Of a stretch of 64,000 nucleotides of DNA, positions 26,370 to 38,156 are shown in pieces. How positions within the stretch are numbered: position 1 is the first letter of the stretch; every line of letters begins with the position of its first letter. The DNA lies in assembly GCF_001194135.2 (NCBI RefSeq), contig NC_068984.1, positions 56,579,093 through 56,643,092 on the forward strand, in the 5' to 3' direction. Under the pieces are notes generated by a model. That model was not told where the DNA came from and made no database searches. It saw only the letters and a program-made list of their open reading frames with translations. The translations under genes were made by a program, and so were the position numbers. Origin of the DNA: Octopus bimaculoides. Taxonomy: Eukaryota.

Positions 26370-26720
26370 ATTATTGCTGGATGAGCTCAGGCACAATCAA
26401 AGGTTGCTAAGTTTTCTTATTAATTGTGATTCTGGGTTTCATCCCCCTGCATAGCATCTTGGGCAAGTGTCTCCTACATTGCTCTGGGTTAAAATAAACG
26501 TTGTGAGTGAAATCTTATTGATGGAAACTATGTAGAACCTTATCAGATGGACTGAATTTGTAATTTAGTGGTTCAGCCTTGTTACACATTGTGTCACACT
26601 GATTTTGCCTGAAGATTATTTGATGGTGTGTGTGTCTGTGATGGTACATGTGTCAGCCACTTAATATTATGAGTAGATGGTTCCATAGTACAAACAATTG
26701 TAACATTCATCATAGAAACC
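26370..26720 (+). mobile_element. Degraded SINE (CORE head with family-B-like body)
   Basis: 'cttgggcaagtgtctcc' CORE and 'tcagccttgttacacattgtgtcacactga', as in 218-607. Confidence 0.6.
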
Positions 26721-26754
26721 GACACGAGATCCTTCATTGCTGGATATTAAGTAG

Positions 26755-27112
26755 TACTTTTATCTTTTATTTGTTTCAACCATTAGACTGCAGCCATTCT
26801 GGGGCACTACCTTGAAGAATTTTAGTCAACCCAGTACTTATTTTTTTAAAACCTGGTATTTATTCTATTGGTCTCTAATGCCAAGCTACTAAGTTATGGG
26901 GCTGTAAACACACCAACACCAGTTGTCAAGTGGTGGTGGGGACAAAGTCACACACACAAATATATATATAACAGGCTTCTTTCAGTTTCTTTCTTCCAAA
27001 TCAACATACAAGGCTTTGGTCAACCCAAGGCTATAAAGATGCCATGCAATGGATCTGAACCCTGAATCATGTAATTGGGAAGCAAGCTTCTTACCACACA
27101 ACCACACTTGCA
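26755..27112 (-). mobile_element. SINE family A
   Basis: Collinear with 21190-21595. Confidence 0.8.
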
Positions 27113-27869
27113 CTTTTTTTCAAGTTTGCTTTTTTTTTTTTTTTTTTTTCATTTATATACGTTTTCTGTTCAACCATGCAAGCATGCTTTTTGCTTGCAG
27201 GTAGCTTTAAGGAAAATACCTGTATTTGAAATAGTAACCTATCTGGCAAATGATGTTATTACGTGTCCTGTTCAGCATTTTCCTACCATTTTGCTTTCTC
27301 TTATTATTTCTATATCATTATCTTTGCAATCCTAGTTTTATTTAGTTCTGTTTACTAAAAAAAATTCAGGGAACTAAAGACAGGATAGATAAACAGAGTA
27401 CATGCATACATATCAAATTTAACTCTTATCACAAGCTGCCAAACCCTTAAACAAAAAGAAAAGCATGTTTAAAGTGTGGACTTCTATGTAAAGGAGAATC
27501 AAAAAACAAATTTAAGTAAGTACTTAATAGAAGAACCTCAAGTTTGGATGTCTATAAAATAAACTACCAGCATGTTACACCTCCATGGAGAATTGATAGT
27601 GTTCCACCCACAAAATATCTTTTACATATCTAAATTTATCTTTTCTTCTTCCAATGTTTACTAAAATCTAAAAGGGATTTAGTATCCTTTTTTAGAGTTT
27701 TTATGCTCCTCAGACAAATAAGTAACTTATCTCAACCAGCATCTTCCATGAAAAGCTTTTCAGATATATGTTGATAAAATGATATAACACATAAATATAT
27801 TTATTGTGTGTGTGTGTGTGTGTGTACATAAATGACATGTGCATGCACATCATCATCATTGTCATTCCT

Positions 27870-29292
27870 CAGTGTACAGAATTTGGTTCTGTTGTATTTA
27901 TGTGTTCTAAGATGGTAGTATAAGTCAATTTTAGCTGGAAAATGATACTGCTCTTAAGGACATGAGAATTGAAGCACAGCTGAGTCTGAAAGTCCTCATT
28001 GTCAGCCTGTTCTCCTCTGTTGATGTCTCTTGTCAGCCTTTTGTTTACAACTTTCAAAGAAGTCATATCCGACATTGCATTTTCTCCTTCAAAGCAGGCA
28101 ATCATATGTGTCAAAGAAACATAAATATTAAAGTTTTTGTATGCTTACTTTAGTTGATCCTTCTATTGCCATCTCAGAATTCCTACTGGATGTGTTCCTT
28201 CTTTCATTTTTCCATACATAAGCACCTTCAGCTGTTGATTATCTGACATTCTTTACACAAAGTCAACCCCTCCCAGTTGGTGTGTATCACCTCAACAATG
28301 CCATTAAATCTCTTTTAATCAAGAATTTTATTTTATCATATGGTCTTGCCAACATATGTGCAAGATGATTTGCAACTTTGTCTAATGGAAATGTTCCAAT
28401 CTTTTTATGCTTTTTCAATAAGCTTCCAGATTTCAAGAATTTGTGAGAATAATTGCTTTGCAAACCAACAACTTAGTGCATGTTTTGACCAATTTCTTGA
28501 AGATAGCATGTGCAGGATGAATATGATATGAAATTTTATGGGATGCAGTGCCATCTTTATTGTAGATATTTTCTCTGTAACAAATGAGTAACCTGTTCAA
28601 CAGAGTGGGTAGTTGTGAATTTGAATTTGAAAAGTAAAGTTTGTACCAAGACCTTTCTTTTCATTTTTAAAATGTGCTTCTATATGTAAGTGTTCCCTGG
28701 CATTCACAGATTTATCTAATGTATCTTGTAGGTTTTCAGAACTGTGCTCCCCTCCAGCATTATCATCAGAAGTATAATGTATGGTTCTTTCAGTTATTTT
28801 GGGTCTCTGAAAGTCAAAAACACATAATAATGGTACTTACTGGAAATTCCAACTGTGATTTGAGTTATTCATTGTGGCATAGTTGCAACATATTGACTAA
28901 ACAAGGCAGGGGTAAGAACTCCCTTTTTAACATTTGTTCCAGTAGAGAATGATGGGAAAAAAGCTTCCTTCATAGAGTATCCATCTTGTCGTATTTTCAT
29001 GTAGAGCCTTCACAGCTCTTAAGAGATACGACAGGAATCCATGAGCTTTCCACATTGTGTAATGTGGTACCGAATCAAAAATCTTAACAAGAAAATTGTG
29101 TGTAGATAAGGATCTTGTTCAAGGCATTTTTCTTGGATCTGTCATAAGGAAAAGATCATGTTGATTATTTCATGATCAGGTCTAAACGCATATCGGTTTT
29201 CCAGAAGAATTCATTCTGCAATCAGAAGGAATTTTGTAGCAATTTTTCCAGCAAAGGAAAGAAGAGATACCTTGATAGTTTACATACTGTAT

Positions 29293-29351
<59 letters not shown>

Positions 29352-30440
29352 GTTACAATGATAGCATTTCGCAAACCTGCAGTTACTTTACCTTGTTCCC
29401 AGGCACAGAAAATGAGGTGATGAATCATAATGAAAAGGATTTGACCATTACATCTTATAAGTTCTAGTTGAATTTGATCCACTCCTGCAAATTTATTGTT
29501 TTGCATTTTTGAGACTCCCACGTTAAGTAACTGTACTGAAAGTAGAACATCCATGTGTAGAAAAGCAATTTGGTATAGGACATTGTCAGTACATTCAGGT
29601 GGTGAATTTTGCTGATGATTAAGTAAATTTGTAAAATGTTCTTGATATATTTCCAGTATGGCTTCTCTTTTTTTTTTTATTAGAGTGAAATTTCCATCCA
29701 GAGATTTAATTACCATCATTCTCATGTTTATGGGACCAAAAATCTTTTGAATAATTCAAAGAAGTTTCTTTATTGAGTTTGACTGCATGCTCTTATATAT
29801 CTTTGGTTTTGACATTTTACTATTAATTTTGTAAATTTCTAATCGTTTATTATGTTTCCAACTTCATTTCATGATAAACTCTAAAAATCAGCCAAATAAC
29901 TAACCAATGTTTGTATCGGTTATTATTATACAGCTAAGCATGACTATCTGACTTTAGAATTTGAATTGTTCTGTTTATTAAATTTAGCTTTTCACTTTTC
30001 TGCAATTAGAAATTTTAATGTGTGATCTTTTTCATCAAATTAATCAGATTGCTGTCAATGAAGTGATCCAAGATTTTTTTCTGCAGTGTAAAGTACTGCT
30101 GATTTAAGAAGGCACCACTTTTCTTCAATCAAGATTCTGCAGTTTAGTTGATTAGAAAGACTTTTACTCGAGGTGGTGAATAATTGTTGCTAAGACTGGC
30201 ATCTTAATTTCTTCCCCCCAGTATGTTGGATTCTAAGCAAATTTTTTTATTTAAATTCTTAATTTCCTTAAAAATTTTGTGGCCTGCTCTACAGTCATTA
30301 TTGCATTATATTGAACTAGTGAGCTGAATATCAAACGTAGCTTGTCTTTGAAGGACAAGAAAATCAGTTAGGTGGCAATAGTCTGAATGGGTATGCACCC
30401 ATATAATTTTGTTTTAGCTATTTTTGTGTAAAGTGTTAAT
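27870..30440 (-). mobile_element. Old, heavily degraded RTE/BovB-like LINE ORF2 (endonuclease end through RT to C-terminus)
   Basis: Minus strand reads 'HLTDFLVLQRQ...DCRAGH' (APE end, cf. HLIDY...DCWTDH), 'KFAGVDQIQLELIRCNG...WEQGKVTAGLRNAIIVTI', 'NYQGISLL' and 'ENIYNKDGTASH' (decayed YADD); many stops. Confidence 0.8.
29297..29345. repeat. (CT)n microsatellite inside the RTE RT region
   Basis: Lies between the 'IIVTI' and 'NYQGISLL' codons of the minus-strand RT. Confidence 0.9.
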
Positions 30441-33357
30441 TGAAATGGATTTATTTATTATTTACACTGATAACTTGATTTCTAATGTTTATAGGTAATC
30501 ATATTTCTAAGGAAATAATGCATCCTTGTGTTTCTATTGGTTTTTAAAGAAGTCAAAAATTTAGAGAGAGTTAATAAAATAGTTAATTTCTCCATCAGAA
30601 AACATCAGGGAAAAATTTGGAAAAAGCATTATATTTGAGTGTAAGAAAAAAATAAAAGATATGAGAATAAAAGACAATGCTCATTTTTAGGTACAAAAAA
30701 CAGACGTTGCAATAGATTTGAAATTACACTGTACTTCAGTGAATTTGATAATCATAAACACTTTCAAACAGACAGCTTTATATCTTAGAACCAGGTGCAT
30801 TGTCTGGTAGTTTGATGTTAAAGAAAGTTTATACTGTGCTTCTGCACTTTCTACTTAGTAAAAATAATATAAAGATTGTTCACCAACTAGACACTGTGTT
30901 ATAGAATTAAACATTTACCATCTATTATTGGGCATGCTTTAGATAAAGTGTAGAAAATCTGGTTGTAAGATGAGATGTTATGTATCTTGTTAAAAGCTGT
31001 CTAAATCATTGTTGGAGCAAAAAAGTAAGTGTGACTCAGCTTAAAACTAAACAGAAGTGGATATCAAGTAAACTATAGTTTGTTTGAAATGTCACCAAAA
31101 TCAAATGGAGTTTTGAATTTCAAAGTAGTACTTCCTCATCTTTAAACTCTGTCACGTTTATCTATATCATCATTGTTTACTTCTCTTATTGATTTTTGTC
31201 ACTTAGCATTGATACAACCAGCTTTTTGAAGTTCTGATTTAATTTTCTTTTTTCTTATTTTTAGTTTGAAATTAAGTTGGTATTTCAGTATCTTGTACCA
31301 TGTGGCTAACTTTGGTATAATTCCAGCATGTTATCTTCAATTATTTGTTGAAATATGTAATTTACTAGAGTGTTACTCATATGACAGGAACTTTGAAAAT
31401 ATACTTTTGCCACCATGGGTGATATCAAGAAATATCGCATACCTATACTGTACTGCTGCACTTTCTACTTATGGCGTACAATAATTATGATTTAATTTTT
31501 ATCAAATTTCTTGGAGCTCATTACAAAATGATGAAATAAAACAAATTTCTCATTTGTATCTTTTCAATAAATATATCATTTTTCTAAATTTCATCAACAT
31601 AATCATGTTCTAATCCATCAAAAACCTGTCTCTGCAAAATTTCATAAAAAATGTGTATTTTTCAGAAAGTTACCATCATTTTCCACCAAAGCTTGCATGT
31701 TCATTAATCCTGTACCTTCTATGTTATTTCTCTCTGTATTTTTTTGTAACTTTCTCTCTCCCTCTCTCTATGTGATGTAAAGTGTGGTTGGAGAAATCAA
31801 TCAATCAACATTTAAATCAGTTATTATTATATTCAGATAAATAAGATTGTGTGTATGTGTGTGTGTGTGTGTATGTGTGTGTGTGTGCAGATGTGCACTA
31901 TAAATGGTTGTGTTTGAGGGAAAATATTAAAAATTTATGTTAGCAATATCAGAAGTGTATGTCGAAATAACTCTCCTCTCTGAAAAAAATTTCAGTTTTG
32001 AAACATGGCAGAATATGACTAAAATAAGTGTTTATACATTAACACTGTTTGAACAATTGTTATTTTTGTTTGCATCTCTCATAACAATGTATTCTTTAGT
32101 TTATTTTTTGACATATCAAGACCAATAGAATAAAGACATCTTTATGAAAACAACTCATGATTGCTAATAGAAAGGGTATCGGGCTATGGAATACTGCTTT
32201 AATAACTCTTACTGAAACCATGCCAGCATAGAAAAGTAAATGCAAAAACAATGACGATAGTGATAATGAGCAACTGCTATAAAAGGAAAATGTCCAAATA
32301 TATAAAAAAATTCAGGACAATAACTAAAGTTTAAAAGATTTTGAGATTTTTTTTCAATCCAGAGTAAGTTAAAAAGAACATGATAAAAATTCTATGAAAG
32401 TAAGTTTTACTTAGTCATGTTTCTAATATTAAATTCAGCTCCACAATTAGCAACAGCAGCTCACTGATACTGTTCCAAACTTCTGATTTATTTCTATTTG
32501 AAACATCAAAGTAATGATATTTTATACTAGTCAGTTTCCTTGTGAATATAGCAGACACAATTCTTCTCAAATAAATTTTGTTTATCAAAAGATTTAGAAG
32601 CTGGCTTTCATTGGGAGCCAAGCAATATTTTATCTCTCAGCTTGTACTTTTCTCAGAAGCGATATAGCATGCATCCATATATCTCAGCTATTCTAGGATG
32701 CAATTAAAATGAAGCTGGCCAATTGATTCAATAAACCATTTCAAATTAAAAAAAAAAAAAACCTTAAACCCTGTACTTCTGCAGTGTTATTTTCATTTTC
32801 TGCTTGCTCTCCACTTATTAAAGAGTTACAGCTTTCCATTGATTTTTCACTACCTATTATGTACCTATAATATATTTTTTACACAAGATCCCAATTGAAT
32901 ATGTTATTTGTTTTAAATAATCAGAGAAAAAATAGAGCAACAGTGCCCATAATATTCCAGGATAGTGGAAACTGGTAGAGATTAATGCAGTTAATTCTTA
33001 ATTCGAATTCTTGACATTTAGGTGCAAACATAGACAAGGAAAGAGTTTCAGAGAATACTGTCAGATCTACTTACCTGGTTAGAATTTAAGAACCAAAGAA
33101 ATTTCCCCATCTCGATAAGACTAGGTTAAGATAAGAGAGTCCAAAAGTTGAATTGTGAGATGACGCTTAACAGCAGTTTTATTTGTATTCTCTATTGGTC
33201 AATAAATCAATGTAGCTGTGACAAGCTATATGAACCATTATAAATAATACTTATGAAATGAAGCTTCAAATTATCTCAAAGTAGTGAAGGTTCATATGTA
33301 TGCACATAAACACACACATAAACACATTTACAAGCTTACACATACATACATACCTGT

Positions 33358-33393
<36 letters not shown>

Positions 33394-33629
33394 GACATTA
33401 AAGGTGACTAATATATAAACTGATTCAAAAAATTTTCCCTCAAAATAATTATTTTGTACTTTACTTATGTAAGACAACAAATTTAACAATGATCACTGAG
33501 AGCTTTTAGTGATTATTTTAAAATAACGTTGGTATTAAAATAGCAACAGATATTTTCATATACTATAATTTCTGAATGATTGTGTCATTAATGAAACAAT
33601 GAGTAAAATTGTTGCCTTACAGCATTTAA

Positions 33630-33819
33630 CCCTTTAGCATTTAGCTTACTTTAACAAATATGATGCTTATTAATTCACATTGTTTTGAATTAAACATGCA
33701 TTATCTTGTAGCTTTGAGATTTTTTTTAGATTGATATTGTAGGGTAAGTACAAGAGGCTGGATTCTTTCCAATTTTAACATAAAATAAGTAGAATATGGC
33801 TGGTTTAAATGTTAAAGTG
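33630..33819. mobile_element. piggyBac-type MITE, 190 bp
   Basis: TTAA at 33626-33629 and 33820-33823; terminal inverted repeats CCCTTTAGCATTT and AAATGTTAAAGTG (11/13 match). Confidence 0.8.
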
Positions 33820-34234
33820 TTAATTAAAATCCTTTTTGGGATTAACTGATTCTTCTTTTGTTTTTTTTGGCAGCTTTCCTGAGTTTGTCGCATATTGTTT
33901 AGAGCCAAGTCACCCTTAATCAACCAGACTTATAATTAAAAGCATTCCAACAGTGTCCAATTTGAATTTTCATGTTTGAGAAATTGTATTGTTCAAGATA
34001 TCCTTCCTTATTTGTGGTGGCTGATGATGGGGGTAATTTAAGAGAAATTTGGCTTCAATATTTTGCAAGTTGAGCAGTTGAGTAGAAGTTCATTTGTTGA
34101 CTCATCTTTCTGTGTTTGATAAATTAAGTGCCAGGATATTTTATAACCCTGCCACCCGCCATCCTTTTACATATATGAAACTTAGTGCCATTAAAAGAAT
34201 TCTGTGTATGCATAATTTTCATTTACAGATGCAG

Positions 34235-34640
34235 ATAGTTAAAAAGTTTACTTTACACTCATGAGATCCCAGCTTTGATCCTATTGTGTGGCATTTGGAC
34301 AAGTCTTTCACCATAGTTTTGAGGCAGTCTAAGCCTTGTTCATGAATCTGGATAGACAAAAACTATTTGCATGACCATTGAATGGATTTTACCTGTAAAT
34401 CAAAGTTCCAGCCTTGTCATTCTGATTCTTTCTGAAAATTACATTAACCCTTTGAACCCTGCCCTCCTGAACCTTATTTTACCATATACCTGGCACTCCA
34501 CCAATGCTACGGTATAGAGAAAAATAAGCCATTCACCAGTAAACCAGTGTTACGGGCTCGAAGGGTTAAGGGTACACTTGTCAATGGAATATTCAGCAAC
34601 TCAGTCATTCAATGAATATCCCTTTTCATTGACTGAAAAA
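34235..34640 (+). mobile_element. Degraded SINE (family-B-like body) interrupted by a MITE
   Basis: 'ccagccttgtcattctg...gaaaattacattaa|gggtacacttgtc' matches the uninterrupted 'gagaactacgttaagggtatacgtgtc' of the 218-607 copy. Confidence 0.65.
34448..34565. mobile_element. piggyBac-type mini-MITE, 118 bp
   Basis: TTAA duplicated at 34444-34447 and 34566-34569; terminal inverted repeats CCCTTTGAACCC and GGGCTCGAAGGG (10/12 match). Confidence 0.85.
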
Positions 34641-35722
34641 TTGAAGCATTTATTGTTAAAACCAACAGAGATCTATGTATTATAGTTTTATTCTATTTAT
34701 AAATACAGTAGTCTTTGATCTGCACTGTTTCAATATACATTACTAGTCAAAAAGTTTTAAAATTAAATGATAAAACATACACAATATATAATTTCAGCTG
34801 AACTTCTAATTTTGGCTTTTTGCTCCATGCTCCATCACTTAATTAACAAGCATCAAATGTTATTTGTTCTCCATAATTTTAAGTGTAAAATGTTTTCAAC
34901 TTGTAAGAAATGGAAAATACACAATTTACATTATAAGTACTTAGTTCTTTATCTTGTAAAACCAAGGTTCATTAATTTTTAATTACTAGCTTTAATATAA
35001 ATCCCTAATGTTGAAATTTTAAACTTCATTAACTATGGAAAACATTTTAGTTTCTTGGGTTTTTGGTATGTGTTTATGTCGTATATGTTTCAATTTTAAC
35101 TTTTCTAGAATTGTAGATTTTTATAAGCATTGAAAGAACTTCATTCATATCTTACAACCATGCTAATTTTGCTTAGATTTCTAAACTGAATGATTCAGAC
35201 AGATGTTTCCTGATTCCACCTACTCATATTATTTTTGTCTAAGATTAATTTTCAAAATGAAAGGTAACCTGTTACAAGAACTGATTCTTTGTAATCCTAA
35301 TTGTTGAGCAATATGTCATGTTGAATATGTACTTTCTACCTCGCTAAAAAAAAAAATGATGCTAAATAGATTTCTCACTCTCAACTTTTTAGAAATTTTT
35401 CTGCTATTGAACAGAAGCTTTGAAAACTTGAATTAATGAGAAAGCACCTACTTAGTTGCTCAAGAAACATTTATCTTCTTTCACATTATACTTTGTGCGC
35501 ATGATGATTTGTTATTAATTTTAGAATATCTCTCTGTTCTTATATACTTTATATTATAACTAATTACTATCTATTTATCTTCCTTTCTTTCTTTCTTTCT
35601 TTCTTAACATGGATGTATTGCTAGACATTAATTTTGATATAAAGATTGCCTTTTGGTATTAATACTGCCTCCATTGTTAATAATTATATATACACACACA
35701 CATATACATACAATGATATATA

Positions 35723-36909
35723 TCATCATCATCATCGTTTAACGTCCGCTTTCCATGCTAGCATGGGTTGGACGATTTGACTGAGGACTGGTGAAACCGG
35801 ATGGCAACACCAGGCTCCAATCTAAATTCGGCAGAGTTTCTACAGCTGGATGCCCTTCCTAACGCCAACCACTCAGAGAGTGTAGTAGGTGCTTTTACGT
35901 GTCACCCGCACAAAGGCCAGTCAGGCGATACTGGCAACGGCCACGCTCGAAATGGTGTCTTTTATGTGCCACCCGCACAAGCCAGTCCAGGGGCACTGGC
36001 AACGATCTCGCTCGAAAATCCTACGAAGGCCAGTCAGGCGGTACTGGCAACAGCCACGCTCAAAANNNNNNNNNNNNNNNNNNNNNNNNNNNNNNNNNNN
36101 NNNNNNNNNNNNNNNNNNNNNNNNNNNNNNNNNNNNNNNNNNNNNNNNNNNNNNNNNNNNNNNNNNNNNNNNNNNNNNNNNNNNNNNNNNNNNNNNNNNN
36201 NNNNNNNNNNNNNNNNNNNNNNNNNNNNNNNNNNNNNNNNNNNNNNNNNNNNNNNNNNNNNNNNNNNNNNNNNNNNNNNNNNNNNNNNNNNNNNNNNNNN
36301 NNNNNNNNNNNNNNNNNNNNNNNNNNNNNNNNNNNNNNNNNNNNNNNNNNNNNNNNNNNNNNNNNNNNNNNNNNNNNNNNNNNNNNNNNNNNNNNNNNNN
36401 NNNNNNNNNNNNNNNNNNNNNNNNNNNNNNNNNNNNNNNNNNNNNNNNNNNNNNNNNNNNNNNNNNNNNNNNNNNNNNNNNNNNNNNNNNNNNNNNNNNN
36501 NNNNNNNNNNNNNNNNNNNNNNNNNNNNNNNNNNNNNNNNNNNNNNNNNNTAAACTTTGCCCAGGCTATTCTTATTCTAGCAGCTACACTTTCAGCGCAC
36601 CCACCCCCACTACTAACTTGGTCGCCCAGATAGCGGAAGCTATCGACTACCTCTAGTTTTTCACCCTGGAATGAGATAGAAGTTGTTTCCTGTTTGTTTA
36701 CAGTCTTTATTGCACCTGAACATCTGCCACATACAAAAACTAACTTCCTAGTTAACCTGCCTTTGATATTGCTGCACCTCTTATGTGTCCATAGCTTGCA
36801 CCGGGTACATCTTATAGAGTTACTACCTACTCCTTTTCTACATACTGAGCAGGGCCATCTACCTGAAGGGGTTTGTGTTTTATCTACCTTCCTACTTATT
36901 AGGATTTTA
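35723..36909 (-). mobile_element. Young 5'-truncated RTE LINE (PHD-like finger, thumb, 3' UTR, (GAT)n tail), gap at 36066-36550
   Basis: Open frame 'KILISRKVDK...CSVCRKGVGSNSIRCTRCKLWTHKRC...CGRC...EVVDSFRYLGDQVSSGGGCAESVAARIRIAWAKF'; CpG-rich; CATACAATGATATATA duplicated at 35707-35722 and 36940-36955 (TSD within a microsatellite). Confidence 0.93.
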
Positions 36910-36946
36910 CACACACACACACACACACACACATACATACATACAA

Positions 36947-36981
<35 letters not shown>

Positions 36982-37139
36982 AAATTAATCGAAGGATATA
37001 CTAAGTATGTCTACCTGCTGGAAATAACAGTCAAAACTCTTAATTAAATTGCCAAAATACACTGATGATAACTACAGAAACCAACCGAAAGCAGATCAGG
37101 TTAATACAATCTCCTAACGTACATTTAAGTATTTGGACT

Positions 37140-37193
37140 CACGTGGACCAGTTTTTGCACTGGCAAAAATAACCTGAGCTTCTTCAACACGCG
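37140..37193 (-). ncRNA. Type I hammerhead motif, copy 1 (core mutated)
   Basis: CGCGUG-UUGAAGA-A-[helix II region]-AAAAC-UG-GUC-CACGUG: a 6-bp helix I (one G-U pair), with C3 changed to U and G12 to A. Confidence 0.55.
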
Positions 37194-37578
37194 TAACCAT
37201 GATGGAGGCCCCCAACCTATCGTTTTGAAGTCTGTGCCACAGCTGATTCATTTTGCACTGAAAGGGCAAACAATTCACAGGGAAAATAATTCCCGAAAAA
37301 TTAGTTTGCTAAGATATCATTAATTCTGTTATCTAGTATGACTATTTTAAAATAATAATAGCAGAATCAATAATGTAGGCGATTGCAGGCCCAAAATTGC
37401 ATTAAATAACTGAAGGAATAAAATTAATCAAAGGACATACTAAGAATGTCTACCTGCTGGAAATAACAGTCAAAACTCTTATTTAAATCGCCAAAATACA
37501 CTGATGATAACTACAGAAATCAACCAAAGGCAAATCAGGTTAATACAATCTCTTAATGTACATCAAAGTATTTGGACT

Positions 37579-37632
37579 CACGTGGACCAGTTTCTGCATT
37601 GACAAAAATAGCCTGAGCTTCTTCAGCATGCA
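37579..37632 (-). ncRNA. Type I hammerhead motif, copy 2 (core intact)
   Basis: UGCAUG-CUGAAGA-AGCUCAGGCUAUUUUUGUCAAUGCA-GAAAC-UG-GUC-CACGUG: CUGANGA, GAAA and the GUC cleavage triplet are present. ACUGGU is one CpG transition from the palindrome ACCGGU. Confidence 0.62.
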
Positions 37633-38123
37633 TTACCATGATTTTAATCCTTCAGCTATTTAATGCTTTTTAGGCCTGCAGTTGCCTATATTATTGATTT
37701 TGTTATTATCATTTTAAAATAGTCATACTTGATAATAACAGAATTAATAATATCTTAGCAAATTAATTTTTCAGGCATTGTTTACCCTTGTATCGATATA
37801 TATANNNNNNNNNNNNNNNNNNNNNNNNNNNNNNNNNNNNNNNNNNNNNNNNNNNNNNNNNNNNNNNNNNNNNNNNNNNNNNNNNNNNNNNNNNNNNNNN
37901 NNNNNNNNNNNNNNNNNNNNNNNNNNNNNNNNNNNNNNNNNNNNNNNNNNNNNNNNNNNNNNNNNNNNNNNNNNNNNNNNNNNNNNNNNNNNNNNNNNNN
38001 NNNNNNNNNNNNNNNNNNNNNNNNNNNNNNNNNNNNNNNNNNNNNNNNNNNNNNNNNNNNNNNNNNNNNNNNNNNNNNNNNNNNNNNNNNNNNNNNNNNN
38101 NNNNNNNNNNNNNNNNNNNNNNN

Positions 38124-38124
<1 letters not shown>

Positions 38125-38156
<32 letters not shown>

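Larger units (their letters stand above)
36981..37790 (-). mobile_element. Penelope-type pseudo-LTR / retrozyme-like tandem with an inverted segment
   Basis: Direct repeats 36981-37203 and 37420-37642 (223 bp, 21 mismatches, no indels, offset 439); 37641-37790 is an inverted copy of about 37276-37424; (TA)n on both sides. Confidence 0.7.

Noticed and set aside
31408-31495. Perfect Kozak GCCACCATGG opening a 26-codon ORF
   Set aside because: Short, no homology and no good donor; the context looks like a DNA-transposon-derived repeat.
33069-33078. ACTTACCTGG resembling the U1 snRNA 5' end
   Set aside because: Nothing downstream resembles U1; it is better read as a minus-strand splice donor.
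37062-37100. Plus-strand CTGATGA...GAAA within the direct repeats
   Set aside because: No helix I or II pairing and no NUH triplet; the minus-strand motif fits far better.
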